Shown: positions 36,801-51,935, counted from the stretch's first letter. The stretch: DNA of 64,000 bases from Trichinella spiralis (GCF_000181795.1 NW_003526944.1:2159434-2223433), one strand, 5' to 3'. The notes: generated from the letters alone by a model not told the origin. A program made the numbers and translations.

Positions 36801-39800
36801 TATCAATATGCAAAACATTACCAGTGGTGTTTCTTTTCGTGAACAACGTGAAATAAATTCACATATTTATGTAAACAAGATTCTATTCAAATAACATCTA
36901 TTTATCATTTCCGTTGTTTATTTTCATGAAAAATGAACAAACAAATAAACAAACAAAGGGTAAACTGGTGACAGTGAACAAATAATAATTGAATAATTAT
37001 TACAGTCACGTTTGTAAGCAGAAAAATAGATTATTAATAAACAAACATTCTGTTATTGAACAAAACAACAGAAAAACAACCTTTTCTTATTTACGTGGTT
37101 AATTTGTTGAAACAAGAATTATAATTTGAAACATTGTCAAGCTTTGCAACTTTGTAATGTTCTAAATGAAAATTTTCTCAGAAAAAAGAAAGGAAGAGAG
37201 CAAATAAAAAGCAACAGATTAATGCAATAAATATTTAAAAAAATTCTTCATTACACAATTTCCACTTGCAATTTAGAACTTTACAATATTATACAAAATC
37301 ATGTAGAAAATGATAAATTTTGTGAAAAAAAAATTAAATCTATATTGTTTAACATCTGCATTTGCATTAAAAAGTTGCATCTGATTTATGTATGGATAGA
37401 TTTTTAGTTTATAAAGTTGAATTTTCATTATTAAAGAAAAAAAAGAAATCCACACACACACACACACACAAAAACAATGCAGAAGATGGTACAGTGCTTG
37501 ATCACCAATAATGCAGAGCATTGATAGTAATATTGTTGGAATGAGAGTTGAAGAAAATTAAAAATTAAATTGCAAATATCTTTCATACTAAGCTCTCTAC
37601 ATTTGATATACTTTGAATGAAATTTCAAATACATTAATCCAAATCCCTATTATTCGAACATGTTCAATTGTGCTCGTCATACTGTCAGTCGTTGACCAGC
37701 ACCATTTATGTCAAACAATTTGACATCTATTGTGCAAATACTCATCCCAGCAGACAACAATAAACTAAGTTTAAAACACTATTTCACAAAAACGATGACA
37801 ATCATTCTGCATTTGGTAACACCAGTCTGTAGGCTGGTATTCTTCTATTTATATTATTATTATTATTAACATAATTATTTGTGCAGCATTGGACGTCAAT
37901 CAAGAAGAAATTCTTCAATCGCATTTCAACACACATCATTGCACATGCATCAGATGTCAAAATAATTTTTTTTAATCAATTTGAATGAAAATTTCCTCTG
38001 CTCTTATTCAAATTGATTAGTTTTGGAAATTAATTGAATTAAAAACTTTTCACCAATTAATCAACCACTTTTGATCAACTGTTTTACAAATTGAATATGA
38101 TATTTTCTCCTATTTCTTTTTTTTGAATATCATTTTTGTGAAAATTTTCAATTGAACACAATTGAAGAGAAAAGGAGAAGATGAAAAAATGAAAAATAAT
38201 CTCGCGTCAAAACCCTCATTGAATTAAATGGAGGAAATATGTCAGATATTTTTTAAAAAATTTCCATCAACGCAAATACACATGTATACACATGTTCCCA
38301 GTAGTCGTGACTGAATGACAGACAAATGGCAAAGCGCACGTACACAAGCAGCTTGATGATGTAGAGTTTGAAAAGGGGTTGGAGGAGAACAGAAAGAGGG
38401 GCTAGAAAAATGGTAAGAAATGAACGAACAGATTTATTTTTAAAAAAATTATCTGACAAATATGCCTGAAGAAGATTGTTCAATTATCCCATTTCAACCG
38501 TAAAAAGGGAGGAGATTAAATCTGTAGGCGCTTGCATTTTTGTTTTTTTAGCTTCCACCCAACAATGCTATTGCCTTTTGGCGTTTGTGGAAGAACGAAT
38601 CATCATCGTCAGTCGATCAACGCAGACATCATCAACAACTGGTGATTGAGAAACGCTTCTACCATAGGCTACAAAGCGCTCTATCAAAACGTGACAGTGA
38701 ACTTCAAACCAATCCACACAGCACATGTAAAAAAGATATATGAAATAAAATTTACTGTTTCTGAAAATTATTGCTTTTGTTGATTTAATCGAATCAATTG
38801 TGAATCATCATCATCATCATCGATAGATTCTCCAATCACCAGACACACCCCAGACATTCCACATCCAACAACAATGTCATCCCTCCTCTGCTCTGACAAA
38901 AGTCCACAAAATATATACTAAACGGGTAATTTGCACTTTTATATATTTATTTTTAACAAATCGATAAACATGTTTTTTTTTCCAACAACACAAAAAAACG
39001 AAACAATTCAGTCGTGCTAAATTACAATTGTTTGCTTATAATTTATATGATAATAATAATAATCAATTTGCAATTCTGTTCAACATTTCGCACACACACA
39101 CACCGACTAAAACAAAACCGATGCCAACATTTGAAATTAATCTATTTTAAAATTCCATAATATTCTCAGTACATGAATATTTTAGCGTGGTTTTAGAGGT
39201 TGTCGAGTAAAAATTTAAAAAATAAAAAAACATGGCTTCTCCTCTTTGTCATCCAGTGACAACATTAAAATTCATTTCAACATCGGTGAGGAACTTTCTG
39301 CAGGAGAATTATTAAATTAAAGTACAAATTAATTAATTTAGCAGGAGTTTTGTCACCGCCCCCTCCTCGCATCCGCGGCGCATCTTCATTTTCCACAACT
39401 CGATGCTGCTCTATTGTGGGCGCTTGAAAGCCATTATTTATAACACATGCATTACTGAAGTTGAAAGTTTAATTAAAATAAAAACTCCACCATGTTTATA
39501 TGAGAGAATTAAAAAAAACCAAAACGAAATAAAGAATAGAGTTCTAGAATGTGCTTGGGGATTTTTATTCCACTCATCTCTCATCAGACATCATTTTAAT
39601 TGCAAATCTATTTATTCTCATTTTTGACAAAATATTTCAAATGCAAAATATTGGATGAATAAAAAGGCAAATAGAAAAATAAGACATTCAGTTGGTGATG
39701 TTTCAAACAGTGGACAGAAAAGTCAAAGATTATTTGAACAAAAAAGAAGCAAATCTGAAACCCTGAAGGAATATTTGGTTCTCTTTTCTACCTCGAGTAT

Positions 39801-42800
39801 CATCAATGTGTGCGCGAAATCAATTGCAATCGCAGAATGAATAATTTCCATTATTCTACGAGCCAATTCACCAGATTGAAGATTGGAGAAGAGAATTATT
39901 CCATGTTTTTCTACCCCTATCTTTTAAAATTCAATAAATGGATATAAATCCACAGTCATTATGAAAATATCAAAATATTATCATTCCAATTTCATTTCAT
40001 CTATAAATACTAAAAATAATACTGCAATTTCTAATTCCATACATCTTAAAAAATAACTTTGAGGAGTCTTTATCTATTTATGAAATACTTTCTTTACATA
40101 ACGAACTATTTCAATGAACATAAAATTTGAATATTTCTTTTATAAATCACTATTTTTTTTCTTGTATTTCTTCACAAATTTACATTCATCTCTGCAGTAG
40201 TACTTGTAGTTTTAGTAGTCGGTGAAATTTATTTTACAGATAAAGATTTTGAGAGACAATTCGGTTGTGGGCTTTTTTTCCATAGCAAATCAAATTTACA
40301 ACAGCAGTAAGGATGAATTTGTGAAAATGCAAAGTTTGATATTGATGTTCATTTGTTCACCGAAATCAATGATAATAGGGTAAAAAACTGAGAAACGAAA
40401 CAAAACATTAGAAAAAGTGTAAAACGCTATTTCAAAAAAAAGATAGATAGAGCCGGGGAAAGTTAATCAAATTTCCCATTCATTTTCTCTATTCCATCGG
40501 AATTTGTTATGCAATTTCCAATGATGAATACTACGCTTTCTTCAAACAAAAATTTATATTTTAATGTACTCTCTAAGGTATCTCGTCCATGTTGAACAGC
40601 AAAAAAAATAAAATTCCACAAACCCATACGCACAGGATAAAATATGATAATGAAGCTAATGAATATGAAATTTAATCAAACAATTTCCACAAAGCTGAAA
40701 AGCTATTGATGAACAATGAATACGAAACAAAACAAAATCCTTCCATTCATATATACAATATAATATATTCATCCCTTATTGGAGTATGATGTCTGATTGA
40801 AGAAAAATAAAACTGTGATTTGTTTCTTCAATTAAAATACTGTTATTGTTAACAAAATCAATATGAAATTTCCTTCTATAAATATATATTGAGAAAAAAA
40901 TTCATTTGTTCTTCAGGAAATAAAATTTACATTATATCATCATACTGTTTTCATATAGTATGATTGCATTCAGTATTCATATACTGTTTCAAAACAAAAA
41001 TTATACATAAATAATAAAGCAAAGTATTTCAGTTAAAAATGAAAAGCATCAGATAAATAAACGTAATAATGTCGGAAATCGAGAACAGAAAATACAAATT
41101 AAGATGAATATTTGCTTGTGCAAACGAAATTTGATTAATGAATTTCAATTTCAGCACAAAACCAAAGGAAAGAAAAGAATAAATAAGTAAATAACTTTAC
41201 AAATTATGCTAATAAAAAAGACAAATCTATTCGAAATTTTAATTTTGAAATGTTTTCGAATTGAAGAAGAAGATGAGTTTTTTTTTGAAAACTGTTACTT
41301 CGATATGAAGAAAAAAAGTAATGGAATTATTTAAAAAAAGTTAATTAAATTCGTTTGAAACGTCGCTGAATTATTTACACTTTTTTACAATAAAGTAATT
41401 GTGAAGAATAAATTTATAATGCTATCATGCTAATGTACTATGAATATTTGAACTACCAAAATTGCACTATGAATAAATACACAATATTGGATTAAAATCA
41501 AACAATTGTAATGTTAACGTGCAATGCCTGTGGAATTAAATTTTTCAAATGTTCAGGAGAGATAATGTGATAAATAAAAATCTTCAAATCAACTTATTTT
41601 AAAACAATCAATAATACCAATGTCAATTATATATATATATAATAATACTCCATTTACACAAAGTCTCAAATAGCATTCATTCAACGTGCGCAAATCAATC
41701 GAATTAGAAAGTACTGCTTCAGCAGGCATCAAATAATATTAGTTTTTATCAGTTGAAATATTAAAGAATGTGAGAACTGACCAATTTTGTGGAGATAATG
41801 TTGAATAGAAGAAGAACAAAACAATGCACATCGCAAATTTAAAAATCTGTAATGCATTGGGGCTTTTCAATAATTCATATTTGCTATTTGCCGAAAAAGT
41901 ACAAAAAATTGAAGTTCAGCTTATTAGATTATTTTGTTCATTTCAAATGATGAATAATATTTCGAAGTATGTTCTGAAAAATGAAAACAGTTGCTGCTTG
42001 GGAGGCACGCAAAAAATTGAAAACGCTTTTCAGATGCTTCAGCTCAGATGCAATTTATACATTGCTCACCTACATATCCATTTATATTTGAGCAAATGAA
42101 AAAACAATTTTTACATTCCTCAGTGATAAAAAAAATCATTAAAAGAATATTAATGAAACAACTCCTTTACAGTAGACTAATTTGGAAAAAATTATGGAAA
42201 GCGAATTCTTGGTCATGCAACTGCAACTGATGATGAACTGGGAACAGACGAGAGGTGTGGCTTAATAAGATTCAAAATGCTTTCTCAGATTCTGGCACGG
42301 ATAACTTCTTCACATTTATTTCTGTCCAATTTTCCATTAGCACATCTTACACAAAATCAGTACAACGCCAAATGACTAATCAAGCATAATCGATTGTACA
42401 ATAAACAACCATCAAAAATTCAGAAAAAAAACAAAGATAATACACTTTTGTATTGTAATATTGAAGTCATATGCATGATTAAAATATGTAAAAATATGTT
42501 CCAAGAAATGAATTTGGAATTTCATTCTTTTCAATTGCACGTTAAAAATAGAAACTGAGGTGCAGCAAAGCAAAGGGGAAAACGATAAAAAGAACGCGCG
42601 TATCCTGTTAATTTCCCTCTTCAATTTTCACGTTTCCTTGGAGACTGAAAATTTGAAGAAGTCAGAAATACTTCAACTTCGAGTATTAAAATTCCAACAT
42701 GCAAGTATATACATACATGTATATATATATATATATCATGAGTGAAATAAAAGAACTAACTTTTGAACAATAAATAATAAATATCGTATGATGATAGTTG

Positions 42801-44644
42801 AAAAATAATAACATTTCTGTATTACCATTAAAAGTTTAATTAAAAAAATGGGGGAAAGTGAAAAGCAAAATAAATTAAAAAGCATGCTAAATATATTTTA
42901 CGACTCTTGATTTACCATCTGCTTTAGTGTCATTCAACTTTATCAGATACATAGATTAAATTTACTAGTTTAATGCTTCAAAGTGAACAAAAACAAAACA
43001 ATCACATCGTCGTTTTATGTCCCATAAAAACAAATACAGAAGTTGTTGAAAGCAGATGAGCATCGTGAAAAGCTAAGAGTAAGATCAATAGTTACACAAT
43101 TATCCTCTTAGCATAAGAAGAATTTTGCCTACACACGCACACACACTTATAAGACAGGTACTTATTCATTCTACATTACTCTACAATGCTTTAATGATAT
43201 TGTAATTTTCATATTTTATAACAAATGCATGCACATACATACATACATACTTATTATCATATAAGCAACTGATTTTTCACAGATTTTAAAATAATTTATG
43301 AATTGATTTCAATTTCAGTTTAAATCATCAGAAAGCAATTTCTACAAACGAACATTAGAAAACTTCCAAAAGATAAGTGCTTTGAAAATTTCAAATTCAA
43401 ATCAAACAAATAAAAATGCATAATAACTGTACTATCAAGTATGCATATATAGCATGCTGAAGATAAATGCTGAGTTGTGAAACGTTGCTTATGCTAATTA
43501 TTAGCAAACCCAAATTCTAAATAAAAATTTTGTGAAGAAATAGAACTGAAAAATCTGATCAATGAAATATAGACACTTTTTCACAATTATCATAAAAAAC
43601 AAAGTAATAATAGTTTAAATTGCAATATAAAACAGTTCTTCACTAGATTATTGTTTTATGAGGAAAAGCAAATATTTTTTTCTTTAATTTGCCTACAGAA
43701 TTTCACAATTCAAAGCGTTTGCTGAAATTTTAAGTAATCATCACGTCAGTCATGAAGTTAGCGTCATTTGATTTTCCCTCAGAATTGAGTTCAGCTCATT
43801 ACGCATTGATGCAAATTGATTGCACTTTCACAAACCGTAGCGCTTGTATCACATCTAACTCAACCATTATTCCACATATTCTTATAGTTACTTAGCACAC
43901 ACGTCACACAAAAAAATATATACATACATTTTTCATTTTTACATTATATTATTTCAAAAGAAGTAAGGTTTTTCATTTCTCATCATGCATGCCATATTCA
44001 TGAATAAATTCAATGATAAAGTTGCACACTTTGAACAAGCAGAAAATTCTTATTTATCATTCAAATATTCTTCTTCTTATAATTATATAATTTAACATTG
44101 ACAAGGTAAGTGCAAAGAAATTAACAAAAAATTATTACTGATATTTTTCCATATAAATGTACATTTCTGCACATATCTAGATATTCTGAGACTTTTCTTC
44201 ATTTTCCTCATCCTTATGAAAAGAATAATCAGAATAATGTGACAAATATTCTCCGACAAATACATAAATAAATAAATAAATATGTACATACAAGGCTAAT
44301 AAGAAATTCGAATAATTCAAAGTCAAAAATCAATCGTTAAACTCTTCAGTGTAAAAAATATTTAATATTGCGTTCCTATAGAATCCTTCGCTGATTTTCT
44401 CAAGATCTAAACTTGCACGTAAAATTTTAAGCAATTTCAAAGAAATAATTTTTCACTCATCTTGATAAATTCATTAAAAAAATAACAATTTCCTGCATAA
44501 CAATTTTACTTTTAGTTCAAGAAGTTCGTGTGAAATTTCAAATTCTGCATTATTAAGTAATGTGAACCGTGACACTGATGACACAATCTGTAAAAGTTAT
44601 ATTGATATTTTTGTATTACTACTCTCACCATTACTATCAATAAA

Positions 44645-44652
<8 letters not shown>

Positions 44653-44685
<33 letters not shown>
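44653..44685. repeat. (TA)n microsatellite
   Basis: Read directly from the sequence. Confidence 0.95.
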
Positions 44686-44692
<7 letters not shown>

Positions 44693-47600
44693 CATCATCT
44701 AACAAATAATGTTATGTAATGTAAATATAACAAAATGACAGACAGATAGAAATAGAGAGAAACAAAAATATTTCTCATTGCAGTCATCATTACACCTACA
44801 GTTGTTTGAATATTATGATCAGAAAAATGATGCCACAGATGGATCTTCTGAAGCAGACGGAAGTACATTCTTCCTAATTCAACAGTGCAAGTAAATGTCA
44901 TCAATAAATTATTAGTTCACTTAATCAGGAACAATAACTTAAGCAGCGTATCAAATTCAGGAACCTATTTTTCATTATTATTTAGTTCATTACAGTTTTT
45001 TCTCTTAATTTAAATATCATCATACAGTTCGTAATGCAAACTTGCACAAATGACCAATACAACAATGGAACTTATGGCAACAAAATAAGAGAAAAAACCC
45101 AAAAAAAATAATTTAAGCAAAAACATGGACATGGGACTGAAATTTTTCATCTGAAATTATAAGGCACGACTGAATTTTCATTTTCAATAACATAAGTAGA
45201 ATTAATTCACAATCAATATTCATATGATAAGCTGAATTTGTTTTAAATAGGTAAAAATCTCGCCGGTAAACATCAATTAACATTTAATAATTTTGAACAT
45301 TTTGTTTTTGTAAGATGAACCAACCGCAAATGAATGGAAATTCCTCAAGCGTGCACGGATTAAATTATCTTTTAGCGCGATTAGTTATGCAAATTTTACG
45401 TTGATCAATTTAGTGCACAACTGCATTTTAGCAGTGAAGCATAGAAAAAAATCATTTTCTTTTGCAAAACCTTCTCAACTGATATAACATGGAATACAGT
45501 AGAATAAATAAATAAGTAAATAAAAATTATTATTCCACTTTTCCTTCAATTATTGTTGGAAAAATATAATACTACTCCTGCTGATAAACTGAATATGTGA
45601 AGTGATTTGCAATAGTTTGAATAAACAGATTTCATCTTTTAAACTTATTCAAAGTAAACATTCATTTTTTATCACGTACAAGAAAGAAATGATCAATACC
45701 TAAGACAAAAATGTTGCACAATTTAAATAAACAAATAAACAATACATGAAAAATTCTGTAAATAATGTGCAAAAAAATGGTGAAAATTTTTTCCATTTAT
45801 GGCCGCATTAAAAATATAAAAAAATCAGAAGAATATTGAAAAATAAGTAAATAACAACACCGATGGACAATTGGAATATTTAATAAGTTGCATACTGCGA
45901 GTTTCTAGTGTTAAAAATGTTTCGGTTCGATCATGATTCCACTGCTACGTAGGAAAGTTTTCAGTAAACATCACAAAATCAACACATTGCAAGCGTAGAT
46001 TTTCACCGACCAATCACAAAGAGAGTCATCTCCAAAACTTCTGCTCGTTCAACGTCAACTCGACGGTCACTTTCCTAATCAGCTTGTAATCAATTCACTT
46101 CGGCTATTGTTTATTTATTTATTTATTTATTTATTTATTTTGTTGCCATCGTCGAGAGGTAAACAATAATGAAAATGAGTAGAGCGTGAGAGAGGAATAG
46201 ATTTTTCTGTAGATGTTGTTATATAGATTTTTGAATATTATATATTGTTTATCGCTTTTCACTTCAAAGCTGCTACTTGGCATAACAAATGCGACGCAAC
46301 GACCTCAAACAAAAGAACAAAATTTTCTCCATTGCATAAATTCAATTTCAACTCGTCAATCGCCCTACCAAAATTCAGCTAACACCACTCTGAGGTAAGC
46401 CATTTTTCAAACCTTACACCATTTTTTCTTATCAAAATAAAAATAATTCATCTTGGAAAATTATAATTAATGACTAATAAAAAAGAACCTGACAAATTCA
46501 TACAATGTGCAATTATAGTTTGCTTTTGAAATACAAATGTCTTTTTACATCCCAACAATACACCAAATACTAGCAATGATTGATTAATTATATTCTTCTT
46601 CATAATGGTCATTAATTAATAATAAAAGAATCATAACAACAAAATAAATAACTTTAAAACATGAAAATATCAAAGACGTCATAGATGATAAATAAATAAA
46701 TAAAACATTTCTGTTATGAATAATCAATTATTATAAAATGGACAATTTAAGAATTCCAATTCCAATTAAAATGCTGCTATTAGCGAATTTTATTCATGCA
46801 AAATATTTGCACAGTGTTCATTTTCAATATTAACAATAGTATAAGGTAATTAATAATAAGAAAAGACACCTGGAAAAGTAGAGAAAAAAAAACTTAACAC
46901 CAAGATTTTCCCATCAATAGCTAATGAGTGAAGAGGAGAAAAGAAAGGAAACAAGCAAAAGCCTCACTTATCGCATTAGCTGAATAAATGCAACATGTAA
47001 AACGTGGCAACAATTTGACAATAATGCAAAACAGAGGCATACTGTGAAGAAAAAAATTTTATTCAATTTCTTATTATGGTCAATTTGTTCATTAAATCAG
47101 AAAAAGCACTAAATGTGTCGTTAAAAATGATTTCCGAAACACGAAACAACGCAAGCTTCATTAAAGAACTCAAAAAGTCTGTTTAAACTAATTTTCCACG
47201 CCATTCACTCAACTCAAATTTGTTAATATTGAATATTATCAAGAAGAAATAGATCAAACAGGCTCATCATCGTTGTTTTCTTATTTTTTTCCCACCATTA
47301 TGCAAATTAAATTACACGTGCGCTTTGGAAATATTTAAATTTTCCACTTTTTCGAACCTGCTATACAGATATCTACGTATACATGCACATGAATGATGGT
47401 GAGTTTAAATTTACATGGAAACTAAAATATATTGCGTGCCAAACTTATTGACGACAAATCCCTTCAATTTCACGAGCATCCGTTGCGTCAATGCATATCA
47501 AATGAATAATATAATCTTCAATTATCACTTATGGACAATTTGAAACAATTTGTAATGCTGAGCAACAATAATTATGGTTGCACATACTTTTCAAGTAAAC

Positions 47601-48877
47601 TTCACATTATAGCAAATCATTTTGAAATATTTTCATTTTGAAAATTATCAAATACTTGCATTATTCCTCACCACTGCAGTTTATTAATAATGGGATTTAA
47701 TTGCAATTATGACCAATCGAAATGAATCAATTCATCGGCTATTTTGTTTTTTGCTTTTTCACGGAGGAAATCAGTGATTGTATAAATTTAGTTTGCTTAA
47801 CAATAGAAGAATAAACTATCTCTCTAAAAATAAACAGAATATTCTCTCATAAATAAACATATAAATCCAATTGTCAACAAATGGCGGATAATTTTATAAT
47901 TTTCTCTTCTAACTTTCAGCCTTTTCTGCATCATGCACAAAGACAAAAATTACTCATTAGCGAACCTTTCCCAACTATAATCTTCTTAGTTATGGAAACA
48001 CTGTTTGCAGAGTAAAATGAATCCCAATAAGATTAAAATTATATAGTATTATTTAAATTATCGGTTTCAATTGATCATACAAGTTGAACAAAAGAAAAGT
48101 AGTGGGCGGGCGGTGAAGTGGATGTTTATCCTGTCCAATGGTTCAGGCAACGCATAAAATGCGCAAACTACCAATTAACAATAAAAATCACCACCATATT
48201 ATACGATGCTCCTATGACGAAAATGATGGATATTGTCTGAACAACAAAACTTCTTTTTTCCAACTACACAAACAATCTATACTTTGAAATTGATTCAAAT
48301 TCAGCGATAACAAATTCCCTTAAATCAAACACTTTTACCCAATTAGTAATAAAAAGAAATAATATACCACTGTTTTTATTTTATTAAACGTGAAGAAATT
48401 AACTAGTGTTGTATGAAAAACAAGGAAAACGTAGCCTCTGTTAGAATACTTTTGACATATGAAAAGTTAGATCAGCATTACAGCATAATTACATTCTCAA
48501 TAGTATGTAAAGTAATAAAGACAAAATAAAATACATGCTACATAAAATTATGTATTAAAATATATTGGCATAATACCATTTCGGATTGATTGAATTCATA
48601 AGAAAATTACTTTCATCTTATGAAAATCAATATTACAAACCCATAATTTTAAAGTGTTACATTGTACGCAAAAATAAACACCCAAATTCAAATCCATTTC
48701 AGTGTAGATAATTGAATAAATGCAAAATTAGCCTATTGGATATGGGATAATTCATAATTGATTAATAAGTGGAAAATCGATTCATTCGAATTCAGCTTAA
48801 TCATATATGATTGTTTTCTTTGTAAATTTTACAGACATTGAAGAAATATTTCCATTAAAAACAAAGAACAGAAGAAT

Positions 48878-50191
48878 ATGGATAACACCAGTAGTAATTA
48901 TAATAATAGTAATAATAATGATGATGATGATAAATGGCCAGTGAACAACAACTGCTGCCAATCGTTGACAGTGGAAGAACGTTTCGAATGGGAATATGAG
49001 CAATTTTTGACCATGTATGTGCAAACGTACAAATCGTTGTATTTGGTGGAGCTGATTTTGATCGCGTTCGGCCTGCTTGGCAATCTGCTCGCCCTAGCAA
49101 CATTGATCTCAAGCCGCAAAATGCAAAGCCCCTCATTTTTGTACCACAAAACACTGATGGTCGCCAACTTGATGTTCTGCTTGAATTACGCCTGTGTACA
49201 GGGTGTGGACCGAGATCAGGGCGGATTCAGCGGTTCACCGTTGTCCAAAGAGCAACAGTTCGTGTTCGAGAGTTATACGGCCGCATTCTATTCAGGGGTA
49301 TTGAAAAGTGTGATCGCCAGCGTGTGCGGCTATTTGGCAAACTACATGTGCCTGTTGATAAGCTTGGACCGTTTTTCCGGTATGATTTTATACCGCTGCT
49401 ATACGAAGTTCAACAGTCGCCGGGTGGCGTTGCGGTTGATCGGTTTCACAGCTCTGCTGAGCGTGGTCGTCCATTCTTGGGCAGCTTGGATTGAAACATC
49501 CGTTGTGGACATGCGCCATGAGCAAAACGCGTTGCAAGTGCACCAAAATGGCACCCAAACGCACAGCACAAACCAATGCTGTTACACTTGGATGCGCAAA
49601 TTGGAATTCAGTGAAATTGTCACTGCATTAATACAAGCGAAAAATGTCGTCAACCTGGTCACCAGACTGGTCAGTGCTGTACTGCTGACGTTGTTCACCG
49701 GCTCAACTTTGTACGCTTATATCGCGAGATCTAAACGGCGCAAGCAGTTCGGCTCGTTGAGCTGCAGAAGGCACATATTAGCTCAAAGGGGACGGTCGAG
49801 AAGCTTGTTCATCTTGATGACTGTTGTGGTCGTACTCAGCTATATTGAAGATTTGCCCAGAGAGGCAAAACGACTGCTGCAACTGATCTATCCGATGAAT
49901 TATGTATTATATCGTATGTCTGATCCGCATCTTCCGGTCGAGGAACGCCTGGTGGATTTTCGCCTATTACTCTACCTCTACCAATATTCGCAGATGTGGC
50001 TCAATTTATTCACCGTCATGAATAGCTCGCTTCCATTCTACTGCTATTTGGCGTTCAACCCGATTTTCCGCCAAGAAGCTCAACGTACAGCCGTTGCATA
50101 TTGTTGGCGTCTAGTGGCGTTGGTGAAACGACGTGGCATGAGTTCCAGAACTCCCAGAACAATGAGCACTTGGAAAAACGAGTCAATTTGA
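48878..50191 (+). CDS. Rhodopsin-like (class A) GPCR, probably peptide-receptor-like; main coding exon 437 aa
   Basis: Seven hydrophobic segments; TM1 FGLLGNLLAL, KMQSPSFLY, TM3 LLISLDRF, TM6 ..EDLP, TM7 NSSLPFYCYLAFNPIFRQE. Confidence 0.9.
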   Translation: MDNTSSNYNNSNNNDDDDKWPVNNNCCQSLTVEERFEWEYEQFLTMYVQTYKSLYLVELILIAFGLLGNLLALATLISSRKMQSPSFLYHKTLMVANLMFCLNYACVQGVDRDQGGFSGSPLSKEQQFVFESYTAAFYSGVLKSVIASVCGYLANYMCLLISLDRFSGMILYRCYTKFNSRRVALRLIGFTALLSVVVHSWAAWIETSVVDMRHEQNALQVHQNGTQTHSTNQCCYTWMRKLEFSEIVTALIQAKNVVNLVTRLVSAVLLTLFTGSTLYAYIARSKRRKQFGSLSCRRHILAQRGRSRSLFILMTVVVVLSYIEDLPREAKRLLQLIYPMNYVLYRMSDPHLPVEERLVDFRLLLYLYQYSQMWLNLFTVMNSSLPFYCYLAFNPIFRQEAQRTAVAYCWRLVALVKRRGMSSRTPRTMSTWKNESI

Positions 50192-51255
50192 AAACATTCA
50201 ATTCCCCCTATTTTTCCATCCTATACAATATTGTCAAAATACAATACTGCCATCATTGACAATGTATTGCTATTTGTTTGTTTTTGTTTTTCCTTTTTTT
50301 CTTACTTATATAAAATAATTATGATACAATAATTTGTCAATGGAATAGTTGTAAAAAATCAACGTAAAATTATCAATAACAATTAATGCACATTGTGCAT
50401 AAAAATTCCACAACATCAGCAAATATGATAATCACAAAGCAATGCGCTGTTGAACACGACAAACTTAAAGATAAGATCATTTCGTAAAATTTTGGTTTTC
50501 AGTAATGCAAATCTTTTTTGAGAATTTTTGAAAATTTCAAAATCAAAATATTAATGCTTTCTCATGATTAAAATAAAAATTATTTCCACTTGTTTGAAAA
50601 ATCTTCAGTCAATATCAAAAGTTCAATCAAATGAAATCTGATGTTCAAAAGTAACTGAACAATAAACAGCTAGTTTAAAATTTTAAGTAAACAGTAGAAA
50701 TATTAACCAAATGCAATGATTTCTGTTCAAAGTTGCGATGAATTTTTTCCGTTTAAACAATAGTAAACATCTGCATTACTTGCATTACAATGCACAGCAT
50801 TATTGATAAATGATGATTGTTATAAACAGCATTAAGAAACGATGAAAAACAAATATGAAAGAATTTAATTTAAATATACTGGATAGAAAAATCACGCAAA
50901 AGTGAATAAACAAGTTCAACCCATGTACCCTATGATTTGTCAGCTTTGTTTTAATTAAATAATACATCTTTTGGTAAATAGAACTATCGAATGTTTCCCT
51001 CACAAATGGATGATTGCCAAATTGTTTAAAATTTCTGCAGCGCACTTAATTTGGAAGCCAGTTTTTCAAGTAGAAATATCAAAATTAATAAACAGATAAC
51101 CAACTGATTTGAATAATCTTAAACAACAGCTGCTACTTATATAGTGACTTTGATTTTATAGTGACAGATGAAAATTATTGTCATGTTTTATGTCAGTTGG
51201 TTCGAGTGAAAAATGATCATCTAAAAGATTCTCCAAATTCTCTAACAATAACAAA

Positions 51256-51322
51256 TACTACTACTACTACTACTAATAATAATAATAATAATAATAATAA
51301 TGATGATGATGATGATGATAAT
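51256..51322. repeat. Compound trinucleotide microsatellite (TAC)n(TAA)n(TGA)n
   Basis: Read directly from the sequence. Confidence 0.9.
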
Positions 51323-51679
51323 GAAATAATTTTGCACCAGAAATTCAAAATGCAAAACTGCTTTTGAAAAAGTAGAAAAAATTTAAAAGTTTTCCAGTTG
51401 AAAAAAAATTGAAATCTATTGTTGCAACGATGTGCAATTATAAAATTGATAATATGGGTATTGATTTTGTTCAATGTACCCCCGTTGGTATTGTAGTGGA
51501 TTATTTTTGGTTAACATTTGCAAAATTGTGTGAACCACTTTTTGAAAATTGTGTCCCACAAAAACAAAGCAACAGCGAAAAGTAAAAGCGGTGTGTAGCG
51601 AATTGAATCGTGATGATGATGATGATGGCATAAATTTTTGTTGCATACGCAGACGACGTCAATTTGCCCATCCATTCAA

Positions 51680-51712
<33 letters not shown>

Positions 51713-51935
51713 GGCAAGTCAGCAGCCAGCCAACGAACGAACGAACGAAAGTGAGGAAAGAAAAAGTGAAAATTGAAATAGCAGAGTGAAAAATTCAAGC
51801 ACGCATAAACAAGCTTTTCGCCTCTGGTTGAGGTTGCGCTTTGCACCACTGCCTGCATCTGCCTCTGTCGCATACAATTTGTATACTCGTTGCAGGTCTG
51901 GTCGGTTGTATATTTGCAGAATAGAATTATTTATC

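Noticed and set aside
40084..40100. Partial similarity to the miR-1 passenger arm (atactttctttacata)
   Set aside because: No complementary mature arm nearby; AT-rich chance match.
27136..45000. Numerous 60-135 aa ORFs in the gene-poor interval
   Set aside because: F/I/K/N-rich or microsatellite-derived translations typical of AT-rich non-coding DNA; no domains or splice-consistent chains.
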